Source: Tubiluchus corallicola (taxonomy: Eukaryota; Animalia; Priapulida). Taken from it: a stretch of 64,000 nt of DNA. Below the pieces are notes generated by a model. The model made no database searches and was not told where the DNA came from. It saw only the letters and a program-made list of their open reading frames with translations. Shown one piece after another: positions 26,843 through 40,389 of the stretch (positions within the stretch are counted from its first letter, which is position 1; every line of letters begins with the position of its first letter). A program made the position numbers and the translations under genes. The DNA lies in NCBI GenBank assembly GCA_030141605.1, contig JAQGDQ010000209.1, forward strand, positions 62,001 through 126,000, in the 5' to 3' direction.

Positions 26843-28550
26843 TGCTCGTCGATTAGCTTGCTTCAATTAATAGATTTAATACGAATTACATGAAATAATC
26901 CCATGAGATACATGCTATATTTTAATTGCTGTTCTTGTTTTTCTTTTTCTCATCTTACCATTTTCAACCCTGCAAGAAATTAAAGAGTTGGCTTTAAGCA
27001 ATTAAATTAAGGGCATTTAACGCAGAGAACAAAATTAAACATTTGTTAGTTAAAATGATCGATTAGCTATTACATAATAATTAATTTAAAGATAACTGTT
27101 GCAATAAGACATATACACATACTCGTAAAAATGTTTTTATTTATTTTCTAGCAATTTCTGTATCTTTACGCGGCATCTAGTGAAAATAAATGACATAAAT
27201 GCAGTTGATAATATCTAGGGCTGTCTAAATTGCATTTAATCTGTCTTTGCTCAGCTGAAACTTTTTGATATTAATTTAAAACGATTATGACCAAATTTAG
27301 TTAATAGCTGATTCAATAGTTTGTAGTCTGAATTGAACACCTTTTGTAGCTTGAGTCAGTCTTGAAAAGATATACATATAATATGTACACATAAGAGAAT
27401 TTGTAAACAGATAATCAACAAAATAAGAGAATTGAAAATTATAAAAAAGTGTTCGAAATATTATCGTTGTAAAGGCAAATTGAGCATTATCTTGAAAAAA
27501 AGTAACGTTGGGTCCAGAGATGAAATATCTGTCCTAAAGCTCATAGCACACCTAAGCTGTACCAAAGCTTATAGTATATTCGAGTAAATGCAGTCACCAC
27601 TGGAATGGGACAGAGGAATTGTTTATATCATCGCCATCGTCACTACCACCACCACTTTCATCATTGTCTTCATCGTGATTATCAGCAGCATCATCATCTT
27701 CATTATCTTAAGCTCGTTATAAAAAGTGCATTTTCCTATCAATTCCCGCCAATTTAATAACAAAAAAACTGCTATTACTTTACTCTCATAATGTTTTTTG
27801 AATGTTGAAAAATAAAACTCACGCTCAAAAAATGGAAAAATTTCGTGATGCACAGAAAACAAATTATCTAGAAGGCAAATTTATTTCGCTTATAGTTAAA
27901 TAGTGAACCTAGCACTAAAAGACTACCTAAAAATTATTACTGTTTAATAATTATAATAATAATTTGATGAATTTTATAATAAAGTATCGCAAGTTCTACA
28001 AGTAGTTCATCTTGTGGCTTGTCAAAATAGCCTGGGCAAGCTGAATTTCTTACCACTATCATAATTATGGGGCTCGCGGGTCAAATATTGGCGTCAGCGC
28101 CTATTAACTGGTCAGCGTACATAGGTGTACTGGAGCAACAAGAATTAGTTTAAGGCAACTTTTAATATGTATAATTGAACGCTTATTAATTTTTTACGAA
28201 TTCATGGATTTAGAAAATTAAGCTCATTATTACAAAAAATTTCACTGATCGTCCAATGTAAATGCCATATATTTAAATAGCTATAAACGGTTCTGATGAA
28301 CATCGTACGAAAGTTGTCCGAACTATATAAGATAACTTAAAAAAATTGATTTGGCGCGCGTAAATTGTCAAATTTGACCATACCTGCATTTGTTTCGCCT
28401 CACACGTTGAATCATGTATTAAACATGCGCCTCTTCATGAAAAATAAAAGATAGATCATAAAGTTTGCGCAATTTATTGAAACACTCCAAAAACCGCGTG
28501 GACTGACAACCTATCGAATTGGCTCACTGTGAGCGCGGAGACAGTCTGTC
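26843..28550 (-). other. Probable 5' UTR of the sulfotransferase with an intron at ~26970-28383
   Basis: Minus-strand acceptor atttcttgcag| at 26970 and donor aatgcag|gtatgg near 28384; CpG-richer sequence upstream. 5' limit is approximate. Confidence 0.45.
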
Positions 28551-31500
28551 AAAGTCGACGAAAGTAAACGTTATGTTAAAATGGGGCACAATATAGATGC
28601 TACAAATACCCTGCAGACACTCATCCGCAACCTGACAGATACCTGATTCAAATCCATTACCCTGCTTAATTCTGCAGCCCCTCCGAAACTAGAATCAGCT
28701 GAGATTGGTAAGTACCATTTTAAATCAATTTAGATGTGTTCTTATTTTAATTTTGGGTCAGGTGGTATGGTCTTGTAACCTACAGCTTTGGGACTTGTGA
28801 TCATTCATAAGCCAATTGTTGAAAACAGGACGGATATAAGCTGTGTAGTTAGTCTAAAAGGATGTCTTAAAACCCGAATTTAAACTTTCTAAAGGTTACA
28901 GCCCATTTCCACTAATCAGAAAGTTTGGGACTCCTGCTTTTTTCTGAATTCGATCTAGTGTTAGCACGTTTATAGCTTTTTCGTGGGCAATTGGTCACAG
29001 AAGACACATAGGCCGATGATGGGAAAACGAATCACTTAAGCAAAGACAAACGCTGCTGATGTTGTGTCTGAATAAAAGCCATGTATTTGCTTAAGTGGGT
29101 ACTGGCTGTTTTTATTTTAAGAAGGGATAGAGTATTTTTCATTACTCGGTATTGTTTGATTAACGTGAATTTTATGTCGTGTAGTGCACTGTAGGCGAAG
29201 ACTTATTCTGTAAAATAGCTTTAACTCTGTGAGCAAGGTTTTGAGTTCTATATCATACTTTCAGACTTGTGCATGATCTTTCTGCTTGCTGATGGAGCGT
29301 TTGAGATTTACAGCATGCACTTTGCCGCTAAAGTTTTCATGTTTTAAACAAACCTTAAACAATCCTAAGATTTTGTGTTTTACAAACTGCGAACTTTTAC
29401 ATTTGTGCACGGAGTTTTGTGTCATATAACATCAGCATACCTCGTGCATAAGATTTAGTGTGTTTCAAGTTGTGGAAGGAGTTTTGTTTAATCTCACTAA
29501 TAATGGACAAAACTTTCATGCTTTTTAAGCATACATTAGACCCATTACACGAGCTCCTGGGAGTTTTGGGATGTGCCATTGAAACTCATGGACATATCTT
29601 TTGTGTTTTTAGTCCGCAATAGAACAAAGGAATTGAGCTTTTCCATATTTCGCAACGTACAATGATTGAATTCCTGAATGGTGACGGAGTGTATTTGGCT
29701 ACAGTGCCAACCAGTTTTCGTTGGGTCTGTTCATTAGACTTATGTTAAGGCTTTATTTGTTTTACTGGTTTCGGTTATTGTTCTCGCTAGATTAATGGAG
29801 GTCGTACTCGTTTTCGAACCTTGCCAAGACACACCTGGTAGTCGAGTGTCTCATATGACAGGATTATCAGCATAGGTCTGGTGTCACTCAGTACTACTGG
29901 ACTTTGCCATTATGTGCTTGATTCTGATTTAGAGTGTTCTGATCTGTACAAAACACTTTAAAATTAGAGTGTATATAAACAAAGCAGGAACTGAGTTTAT
30001 GATTTCGTACCAATTTTCAAGAAAAAACATTTCGCCAAATCATTCAAACTAATGTCTAAACGATTACAATTTAATTTCATACAGTACCAAAAACAGCAAC
30101 ATTATAAGGTTTACAATTAAATTATATAAGAAAACTTCTAATGTTGCAAAGTTGCACCAATTTCAGTTTTTTTTGTAATAAATTTAAAAATACTACATGA
30201 ACTACTAGCAAGCGTTATTTTACAGCATATACCTGACTACATCGACAGATAGAAAATAACGCGTTGTATTTTATTCATACATCATCTTATTATACAGTAT
30301 TGGTTCAAAACTGATTTTTAAATTTAAAAACAAACATCACAGAATATTGCTAACATTACAAAAACCTACATAAATAGTGAACAAAATGTTATATTCGCAA
30401 TATATATATAATACAGTGACAAAGTGCCTGACTAGTGGCATTTCCGAGTCTTAAGTGAAAAGTACAAAAATTCGCTTATTTACAACGATATCAAATGCAT
30501 GAACATTTCTTTGGTCAGTTGTTAACAAAGCGCATAATACTTGCCTTCACATAACTTTATAACGACGAAAACTTATTGTATGCTCAGATAATTTGCATAA
30601 TTTGTAATCTTAGAAAATATTAGATTTTTAAACATATTATTCACGAAAACAGTTAAAGCCAATATTTCATAGCACCCGAATATCGTGACATTTCATAGCA
30701 AATTTCTGACAGTAGTAAACGAACAAAAATATTCGTAATTGCACATATGTATATATAAACTGCAATATATTTATGCAGTTCCTTGCTTTCTCGTATTCAA
30801 TATTATAGCCTAATGCCAAAAAGCTGCTACATATTATTTTGCGTCATTACCATTTGAACTTATAATAACCTAAAACGATTAAATTGTCAAACTGCAATTG
30901 CTACAATTTAGAGTTAACTGAATCTTGCATCATTTTGCAATATTATTGGCGAATGTGCCGGTCTTACTAAATGTGACAGTAAGCAAAATGTAGCTGTACA
31001 AAAAAGATGAAATTTCCTTTTAACTCGTGTCTACATGATAACTATTTAAAAGATTTAAAATGAAATTCTATGCGTACGCATGGCAATTAACCCACGCACC
31101 GTTTGATTTGTAAATTTGTGCTGTGCAATAATGATATTAAAAATTGAACAAGTTTCATAATTTAGTACTTAGTATATTGATATAGTTGAACGCAGTTTAA
31201 AAAGCAGTTTTGAGGAAGTTTTGTTAGAAAAACGAAGTCATACGAAAAACGTTTTCTACCAAGTCGATTTTAATATGATTATTCTATACACAATTCATAC
31301 AAAAGTGGATGTACTATAAAAGTCAACTACGTATTTGATTTGAAATAAAGCAAATGGGTTTGAATTAACTGAATTATTTTTTGCCTAATTGTTATTATGT
31401 TCATCGCAAAATGGTAAAAAAATTATTATACAAACGTAACTATTTTAATATCAGAACACTAGTAAAAAAGTTTTTTGTGTTTGTATCATTCTATTCTTTT

Positions 31501-31763
31501 TTGCCATCATTAGACCGCTGCCCATGTATAAAGTTACAGCATAAGCTATTAAAATTTATAAAGATTTGAAGCATTTTTCGCTTCTCTGTAGCATTGCGAA
31601 ATAAAGACAAAAACAGAATATCAACCACTGACAACTTTTGTATAGTCTTTGTGGTACTTGTCGGTAACACATTCACTATGTGAGCAGTCACATATACTAG
31701 ATGTATAGAAAACGAGAGAATTGTACTGTACAGTGTTCTTATAATGACAAATGGGAACCTCTT

Positions 31764-31846
31764 TCACGAAAGGAACACCATAAAAAGAGAACAGAGAAGG
31801 ATGGACGTAGATATCAAATGTTGAGCACCACTGTTAAACCCCGCAA
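31764..31846 (-). CDS. Beat-like terminal exon encoding a GPI-anchor signal
   Basis: ttttattttctattttcag|TT; VAGFNSGAQHLISTSILLCSLFMVFLS* (small-residue N-S-G-A omega region plus hydrophobic tail); candidate AATAAA on - strand at ~30270-30275. Confidence 0.82.
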
Positions 31847-32951
31847 CTGAAAATAGAAAATAAAACATATAGTCACGTATATCAATGTTTAGTCAGTCCT
31901 TCCTACTTCCTTCCTATAATGAAAAAAGCTCATTATATTTGTTTATTTAAAATTTATTTCGTACGTCTAAAAATACATAGCATTATAAAAATATAAACTC
32001 TCGGTTATTTAGATATATATACGTACGCACCCAGATACAATACATAAATAGCCGAGACAGATCATTAAAATACACAATACATACAGGAATACACAGAATA
32101 AAAATTACATGCTTAAAAATTAAAGATGTTAATTGCATAATGAAAATGTAATTTGTACAAGTAGGTCCATATATTATTTGCATATTCAAGGCTTACACAT
32201 CAACTATTCAGATGAATGAAAATTTCTTCTGAATTATTTTATGGTTTTGTGCTTGAAGTTTCTGCAAGTATTTGGCCTCTTTTTTGCCGAAGTCAGTGCG
32301 TACTAGCACGTCCAAAAACAGGGGGTTGTAACATCAATGCGTGACAGGCCACGGCCGAATGAACAGGTGCGAGGGCTTTCTGTGAAGGGCGTGTGCGAAA
32401 CATTTGAAGGTGGTTGAATGGCGCTCCCGGATCTACCGGAGCAGTGGCTCATCTTAAAACAAACCAAGCTCCGTTCAGTGTGCCGAAGTACTTAAAAAAG
32501 AAGTTGTTACCACAGGAGTACACTGTAGTTACCAAGGTTTTCACTGTGGCGCTTACACTGCAGCACCAGGAGTTATTTATCTCCTAGTCACTTTTCCGCG
32601 CAAATTATTATCTGGAGATGCGGAACTCAGGCGCAGAAGTACGTAGAAATGAATACCGGCAAAACAAAAAGGGGAAGAAAAGGCAATTTTAAAGTATGTC
32701 ATTAAAAACTTTCCATACAAAGTTTGACTGCTTTTGCATTACGTTTACCTCTTTGAACGATTTATGTAATTGGAAAAGAAAATTCGTAGTAATTTAAAAT
32801 GTTCGCGCCAATTGGTAAATTTGCTGATAAAATTAAGTAATTCCTACTTTTGCTTAATTAGCGAAGTGCGCGCTACGGCTTCCCTGACTATTTTTTCATA
32901 CTTCATACAGTGCTATCTAATCTGGTTTCAAACGACCTAAGGAACGGTTTC

Positions 32952-33063
32952 AAAATAGCTGCGCCTAAAGGTTATCACGGAAGTTTAAATTTCAAGTTTT
33001 ATACAGAGTTGCTGTTAACGCAAACTCTGTATGCAACAAGATAGCATGTAGGTCATACAAAAT
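32952..33063 (+). repeat. Dispersed repeat (copy of 9360-9485)
   Basis: Direct sequence similarity to 9360-9485. Confidence 0.7.
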
Positions 33064-33873
33064 TATAAAACGAATTTTTTTGAGTTTTTCTTTTTTCTAT
33101 GAAGAGTTTTTTGCGCTTTACAGAGGAAGGATTATAAGGAGATTTTCGTCTTAACCATTTGGTGATAGTGTTTGATTGTATATTCCTTAAATGAGACATG
33201 GTGAAGCGTGGTTTATTTGAATGCATTTTTAATTTTACCATTTTGACAAAAACTATAGCGCTAACGTAGTCGGAACACCAATAGCGATAGACAGTGCCTG
33301 TTCGTTAACGCGTGCAAAACTTTGTCAATTTTCTTGTGAAAATTTCAAGTTACTGAACACTAAGTTAACAGCAGTCAGGTATACATTTCCATTTGTATTC
33401 ATCAACATGTCATGCATACAACCATTATATACTTTAATTTGATTAATAAATCCTAATACCCACTGCATTAGCAATTTACTCCCAGAGGAACTGCAAAATT
33501 ATGTGCAATAAATCCCATTGATATTTGTAACAGCCTAATTAGCGACAATATGCAGTTAAGCTAGGTAGCTGGGCGTGTTGGCTTACCAAGTATAACATAC
33601 TAGTCTAATTAGTAGCATAGAATATACTGATACGCCTAATAAAATTTATGGCTTCGTGGGGTCATGGAGAGCAACAGCGCAAGAGAGATACTGCAGGTGT
33701 ATAAATGAGCACAACAAATTAAGATTACCGTTTCTGAGCGAGTTTCAGCAAAAACAAGCAAAAACAGTTTTTTAGTAGTAGCATATATTTAGTGATGTGC
33801 ACCTTTATACTGTAATTTTGTAAAATATTGTTGGATGCTGGATATTGGAGAATCTTGTCATATGAGGCGAAAA

Positions 33874-34591
33874 CAGGGCCGGTTCTACTACTAGCCAAAC
33901 CAGGCAGTTGCCTAGAGCGTCAAATTTCCGGGGGCGCCAAATTTTGCAAAAAATTCTTTAATTTTTAAGTTTCACATAAGTAATAACATAATGTACGTCT
34001 TGCTTAAAAGTGCACAACATTTTAATTAAATGAAAAAACTCGTATTTGCGTTATTTTCGTATCTAGATAAAAAACCTATAAGAATCGAAACCTTCAGGAT
34101 TATTATATGGGAAACAAAAGGTAAAAGATATGGCGGACATTCAACAGCAAAAAGATTCGCTAATGAGGTATTTGCAACCAGACCAGATGATGAAACCAGT
34201 GAAATGGATATACGTGAAAAAGAGGAATCAATACTATAAAAATTTCCTAATAATTTCACAGAGTGAAATTCCATCCAAGAGTATGACAAGAGTGTGCAGC
34301 AAAAGTTATAGAAATTTTGATTGCTTCTGAAGACCCATGACGTACAATTGGGCCATAAATCCAATTTCAAATGAAATCAACACAAGCTGTATATAGATAA
34401 TTAACTACGGTTAATTGGTGCACTTTACTACTAACCCTAAGGCACAAGTACCATTATACTTTATTATATACTGCAAAAATTCAATTTTGTTGGTGAGGTG
34501 CATGAAGACAATGGGGAAGGGGTTGACCGTTGAGAAGGAGGCGCTAAAACGATTTTTGCAGAGGGCGTCCAGCTATCTAGAACCGGCCCAG
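33874..34591. mobile_element. Non-autonomous hAT-like DNA transposon in the last intron of the Beat-like gene
   Basis: TIRs CAGGGCCGGTTCTA / TAGAACCGGCCCAG (one mismatch); no 8-bp TSD recognisable. Confidence 0.65.
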
Positions 34592-34879
34592 ACCTAGAGA
34601 TTGGGACTGTAGTGTATAGCTGCTGAGTACTAATGACGTCATCAATGTGGCTAGTTTGTATAGGCTACAATGCCGGGAATACTTTATACGGCTGCATTGA
34701 ATTGGTAAATTAGCTAAAATGGGAGTGTTACGCCATAATGTACTGTAATTGTGCAAACATTACCGTAATAGAGCAGTACTGTAAATAGAAACAGAACTGT
34801 AAATTTCTTTAGTTCAATAGTGGACGTTTTGGATAGAACTATAAATTATGCCTTTAGAGTTTCTTCAACAAAGCGTATA

Positions 34880-34910
<31 letters not shown>

Positions 34911-34917
<7 letters not shown>

Positions 34918-34949
34918 GAGTGCACAATTTACATATATCACATATATAG

Positions 34950-34985
<36 letters not shown>

Positions 34986-35032
34986 CTATATATATGAATA
35001 TATGGTATATGTAAATTGTGCAGTCTTTATTT
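34911..35032. repeat. AT-rich palindrome centred on (TA)n
   Basis: Outer arms AAATAAAGAgTGCACAATTTACATATA / TATATGTAAATTGTGCAgTCTTTATTT; inner arms ATATATAGTTC(TA)nGAACTATATAT. Confidence 0.85.
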
Positions 35033-37378
35033 GCCATTTTAATTGCCATAACAAATAATGATTATAAACATTTTACAATGTATCATATAATTCAGTGTGC
35101 CTATCTAAGGTCTCACACTGCTAGTTGGCAAGTGGTCGAAAAATCACAGTCTCGGGAACACCGCAAAATATAATCTAGTTAAAACTAGGAAAGTACGCCG
35201 CAACTCTGCACGTTACTTCTGCAACGTCACATAGTTTTCAACAAAACTGGTTATAAATCATAGGAAGCCAGCTAAGAAACTTAATGCTCTGTTCAGTGGC
35301 GCTCCAGAGTGGTTGAAAACATCGGTCCACGTCCATAATTTAGCGCGTAATTGCTATCAATTCTGGCGGCATTAAAAATAAATTACATTTCGACGTTCGC
35401 GTCCACGCGGCTCGCGTCGTAAAAACGTGCGGAAAGTCTTGTTTGAGCAAATTTACAAGCGTAAATATGTCGAGGGATAACACACAATTGCAAATGCAAG
35501 AAATTTGGGAAATTGCAATAATGCGTATTTTTAGAAAATGCGCCATAAATCGAGTTAGAGGGAAAACAGTAAAATACGAATGACAAATTACAGAAATCGC
35601 AATCGCTTTGCGGCCGGATAAAATGAGGATGAATGATGCTACAGGTTGTCACGAAAAAAAAACGCGATTCACAAATACGAGCGCTGCTTTCTGCGAATTT
35701 TTTCCATTGCCCTGACGGCTACAAAAATTGATACTCATTTCTCAATGCGTCGATTTTTCATCCATTAGCAAAGTTCTGTTCTGTGAGTTTCATCACGTTC
35801 AAACGCTAACAGAATCAAGGAAAACGAAATTAAGTCGTATTGTGTGACGAGAGACGATCTAACTTTAACTGTCTGGTAATTAATGAGAAAATCTAATTCT
35901 GTCCCAATAAATCCCCGTAAATTGCGTTACTGCTCGGACGTCTCCTCTCGTGGCAATTGCAAACTTCTGACAATCATGCTTCGTTTCAAAAGCATTTGTA
36001 CTTAATCGTAGTTTTGTTAAGTGCGAACATTTTCTAAAGTATTCGCGATACAACATACAACGCAATGGTTCAGCACTGCCAGGAATTATTGGAATTCCAG
36101 ACACGAACTAATATAATTGTGGCTTTGATTTGATGGGTTATCCAGGAATATAAATCAAGTAGGGTATGACTGAAAGAAAGTGGGAATGAACACGGTAAAA
36201 TTATTCAGCGTAATTCAAAAATACAGCTTTGTTCTTCCAGACATTTACATATATATCAAATTAACAAGTAAAAAACTGAATTGGTATATCATTATATACG
36301 CATGTATGTAATGCGTGTATCCGCATTCATGTATGTATGTCTATTCTGGACTTCGGCTGCATTCGTGTTTATAATGAGAACAGATACTATTTACAAGCAG
36401 AAAAATAACAGTGCTGTAGGAAAATCCTATTTCAGCGTATGCATGCAAACTTCACCAAAGGTTAAGGCCTCATATATAGTATGACTGACTTTCTGACCGC
36501 AGCTAAAAGGAAAAATATAGCATATTTAAATTAACATATACTCTTATTTACTTTTTTGAAATATTCAAGTTTTGTTAATCCAGTAGAACCTAGCAATTTT
36601 CCACATCTGTTTACGCAATTACCTTAAGTTCGTCACGCGCAAAAATTATACATTTATAAAAATGAGTGCTATTTTTTATTTTAGGCAACTTGAGGTTGCA
36701 CTTTTGTTGCGTTTTTATTATAAAATTTAAAATGCTTGTGCTTGTCCTTTAATCATCACACTACATAAAAATTATCCTTTTGTTGCCACAGTCTGTATAC
36801 GTGCGATATATGAATCCGCTACTAACTAAACGTCCTATTCACATTAGTAAATGGCGGGAATTTTTAGAAAGTGATTACCTAATTCCATTTTATAATTTTT
36901 CTTTGTTTTTTATATAGATTTCCTTTTTTCTCGTCTACCCTTTCGTTTATTATCCCTTAATTTTTCTAACCGCCACTCTTTATCTCTTCATTCATTATCT
37001 ATCCGTAAGGATGCAACCACAATTTTAAGGCTACTTCGTGGCACCATTCTGCCATAAAACAACAGTAGGATGTAACATTTTTATTTGAAATTTGAGTATT
37101 ATTTTGACAATTTCTCTTATTTTTAGGAACTGCAGCATTATGATTGTCGGGTGAATAAATGAAAATCTATATTCTAAATCCATATTTTGCATAAATTGCG
37201 CTAAAAAGATAACGGATTCTGTGGTAAAATTAGTGTCATGCCAGTGAGCGCACTTCCGAAAGTGACCTTAAACACGGAGAAGGTCACGGGGTGTTATAGT
37301 GATGACATTTTGACACTTTGTAATTAATCACAGACACACATAAACAGCTTTACTGTCAAATGTGTAAAGGTAACTTAC

Positions 37379-37537
37379 AAATTATTAGTACCTGCTGTGA
37401 AACGACCACACATTACTGAAATTTTTAATAATTATTGGAAAACATCGTCTCATCTTTACTCTTTGGTGGGAAGCAAAGATAAGAAGCACTTTGCCTGTTA
37501 TCATTATTTTATTCAAACATCGAAGCGTTATCATCAC
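37379..37537 (-). CDS. Candidate alternative exon B of the Beat-like gene (short C-terminus or 3' UTR exon)
   Basis: tcttatcaaatttag|GT...TTT|gtaagt; phase-1 reading GDDNASMFE*. Confidence 0.3.
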
Positions 37538-37750
37538 CTAAATTTGATAAGAATACAAGATTGATAATTATTATCCGTTATCACGTTTCTCCACCCCCAC
37601 CCCCCTAGAGAGTAGGTGACAGTCTACTTTGGGTTTCACTTATTAGGCAAACTCCAGTTTATAGTATGAATGGACCATTAGGGGACTATCTGCACACGTA
37701 ATGACCTGAGCTTTAATGCATTCATTAACATTGCGAATGGAATCACATAC

Positions 37751-37800
37751 CTGTCTTACTTAACATTAGGCCAGTTATTTCAGTGGCGTGTTATTGCCTG
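37751..37800 (-). CDS. Candidate alternative stop-containing cassette exon A of the Beat-like gene
   Basis: attttatttag|CAG (NAGNAG)...ACAG|gtatgt; phase-1 reading AGNNTPLK* with TAA at 37777-37775. Confidence 0.45.
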
Positions 37801-37894
37801 CTAAATAAAATTATGCTTGCTTGATCGATTTGTCGCTTGGTTTTAAATGAACGGTTGGGTGGTTGATAGGTTGCTGAGTGAGTAATTGGTTGAC

Positions 37895-38266
37895 GGCCTG
37901 ACTGACTGGCTGACTGAGAGACAAGAAGACAGACAGACAGACTGACTGACTAACTGACTGACTGTCTGGCTGGCTGACTAACTGACTGACTAACATTAAT
38001 TAATTGGTTGATTGATTGAATGATTGACTGAATAACTAATTAATTGTCTGATTGATTGATTGGTTGGCTGATTAACTGATTGATAGATAGATAGATAAAC
38101 TGGTAAATAGATGGATGGATGGATGGATGGATGGATGGATGGATGGATGGATGGATGGATGATGGACGAACAATCGGACCGATGGACGGATGGACGGACA
38201 GATAGACAGACAGACATAGATAGACAGATTGATTGATAAATAGACAGATTGATTGATAGATAGACA

Positions 38267-38354
<88 letters not shown>

Positions 38355-38369
38355 TACTGATTGATCGAT

Positions 38370-38458
<89 letters not shown>

Positions 38459-38469
38459 TACTGATTGAT

Positions 38470-38513
<44 letters not shown>

Positions 38514-38537
38514 CGATCGATCGATCGATCGATCGAT

Positions 38538-38585
<48 letters not shown>

Positions 38586-38700
38586 CGATCGATCGATCGA
38601 TCGATCGATCGATCGATCGATCGATCGATCGATCGATTGATTGATTGATTGACTGATTAATTTATTGGTTGACTGACTGACTGAGAGACCAACCAATCAA
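37895..38700. repeat. Compound tetranucleotide microsatellite (GACT/GGAT/GATA/GATT/GATC)
   Basis: Direct reading; source of the SINQ/HPSI pseudo-ORFs. Confidence 0.95.
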
Positions 38701-38858
38701 CTGATCATTATATTAGTACTTTAAGTCTTCACGTGTTATCTCTGGACTAAGTAACTATGCCGAGAAGGGATGGTATTTCGAAGTGATATGAGCAGATTTT
38801 ACGAAGCGACGAGGCCTTTTTAAGTAAATACATCAGAATAATTATTAAAACAACGTAC

Positions 38859-39009
38859 CCACTAAAGTAAAAGATGTACTAGTCTGATGAGCACTACCAG
38901 GCGACTGAGCTGAACATTCTAATTCTTTGCCATAATGTTTGCGAGCATTCTCGATGCTCTCTAGTTCCAGCCTTGTCATAGTCATGTTTCCCTTGCGAGC
39001 ACTAGAAAC
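38859..39009 (-). CDS. Beat-like exon: Ig2 part 3
   Basis: atttggcag|GTT...G|gtacgt; VSSARKGNMTMTRLELESIENARKHYGKELECSAQSPGSAHQTSTSFTLV (F-strand L-x-C-x-A). Confidence 0.82.
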
Positions 39010-40389
39010 CTGCCAAATTGATGCATTATTCACCAACGGCACAAGCGCATAATGAATGATTAATGAAAGCAGTATAATTCTAATTAATTAAATCAGCATC
39101 GTCATAAACGAGGTCTAATTAGATCACAAGCTTTTTGGTTGTAATTGGTGCGCGAAATTTTTTCAAGTTACTGCTACCTTGTGTGGCGTCATTCAGGAAA
39201 TGTGTAAGATTTTCAGAAATCGTGCATACATCGAGATGGCTAAAGGTCCGTGAAGACAATTAAAATTACGTATCACGTAACTAATTAATTTAAAAGCAGT
39301 TTTTTATATATCGGGATCAATAATTCTATCAGCAATGGCCCAGAATCCAAATAACAGTGTCAAGCTGTTGTGCATTAAAATAAAACATAATAATCACACT
39401 ACTGAGGCCATACACATATAACGACATTAAGTTTAGGGTAGGCAGGTGGCACGGACGTGATAGCGCCATTATAATGCAAGGTAGGTAGGTGATTTAGTCA
39501 TGATATCGTTTTCTGACTTCCCGCTTTTTTCACACGTGCATGCCAGCAGCTACAGTGAGACCAGGAATCTGGAGAATGGGTCAGTGAGAATGAGTTCAGT
39601 GAATTGGGACTGCCACCGCCGAGTCCACTGACAGTTTCCCGTTAATTAACACAAGTGATGTTGCTGCCTGTCCTTGGGCTGGAGGATTAATAAGATGTAC
39701 AAAAAGCTATTTCGACATGTGACATCGATATCAATATAAGGGGTAAGTAGGTCATAATTGATAGGGCATGTGATAACGCCATTATAACACAAGGTAGGTA
39801 GCTTATCGAAATCGGCCGAAATCTTGTTACCATTATATGTAGAAAGCCCCACTAAAGAAGAAACTTCGCGAACTTCTCACTCCTCACACATCAACAATAA
39901 GAGTACAGCAAATTCTGTGGCACACGTATATATTTAGACAATGGTGTTCTAATGTAAATTATAACAGGCAAAATGTAGTAGGATTTTTGAAACTTTTATC
40001 TTGTACATAGCGGTAAATTTGTAAAACTGCATGTATACATAAATAATAAATAAGTAACACATGTATACCTCTCTCTGACAGCAAACTCGCAGGTCTGAAC
40101 TGCTTTGCGAGTTACTGTCGGCAAAAAATTGCAAACTCTGTGTCACTAAGTGAACACGCTAGCAAGTTACTTGACGAGTTAACTTGGCGAGAAATCCGCT
40201 AGTCTGAACACACAGTAACACAACTGACTACTTATAATTAAAGAATCCTGAAAAAAATATCACAGGAAAAAATAACCCTAACCCTAACTATCCTAATTAT
40301 GGCCAAAATTTATTGTGACGTTTTTCCTTTGACTTTTTGCCTAGCATAAATTGTGAGTTTTTCCTGTGGCTTTTAATTAAACTTGTTAC

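Noticed and set aside
26843-26866. ORF-track start of the sulfotransferase (MKQANRRA)
   Set aside because: Starts at TTG; in a eukaryote the first in-frame ATG at 26842 is the likely start
28290-28325. CTGATGA...GAAA...GTC hammerhead-like motif
   Set aside because: Stems I-III do not pair adequately
34026-34370. Short ORFs inside the hAT-like element
   Set aside because: No recognisable transposase motifs
40274-40290. TAACCCTAACCCTAAC interstitial telomere-like repeat
   Set aside because: Only about two units, embedded in what looks like a small repeat element
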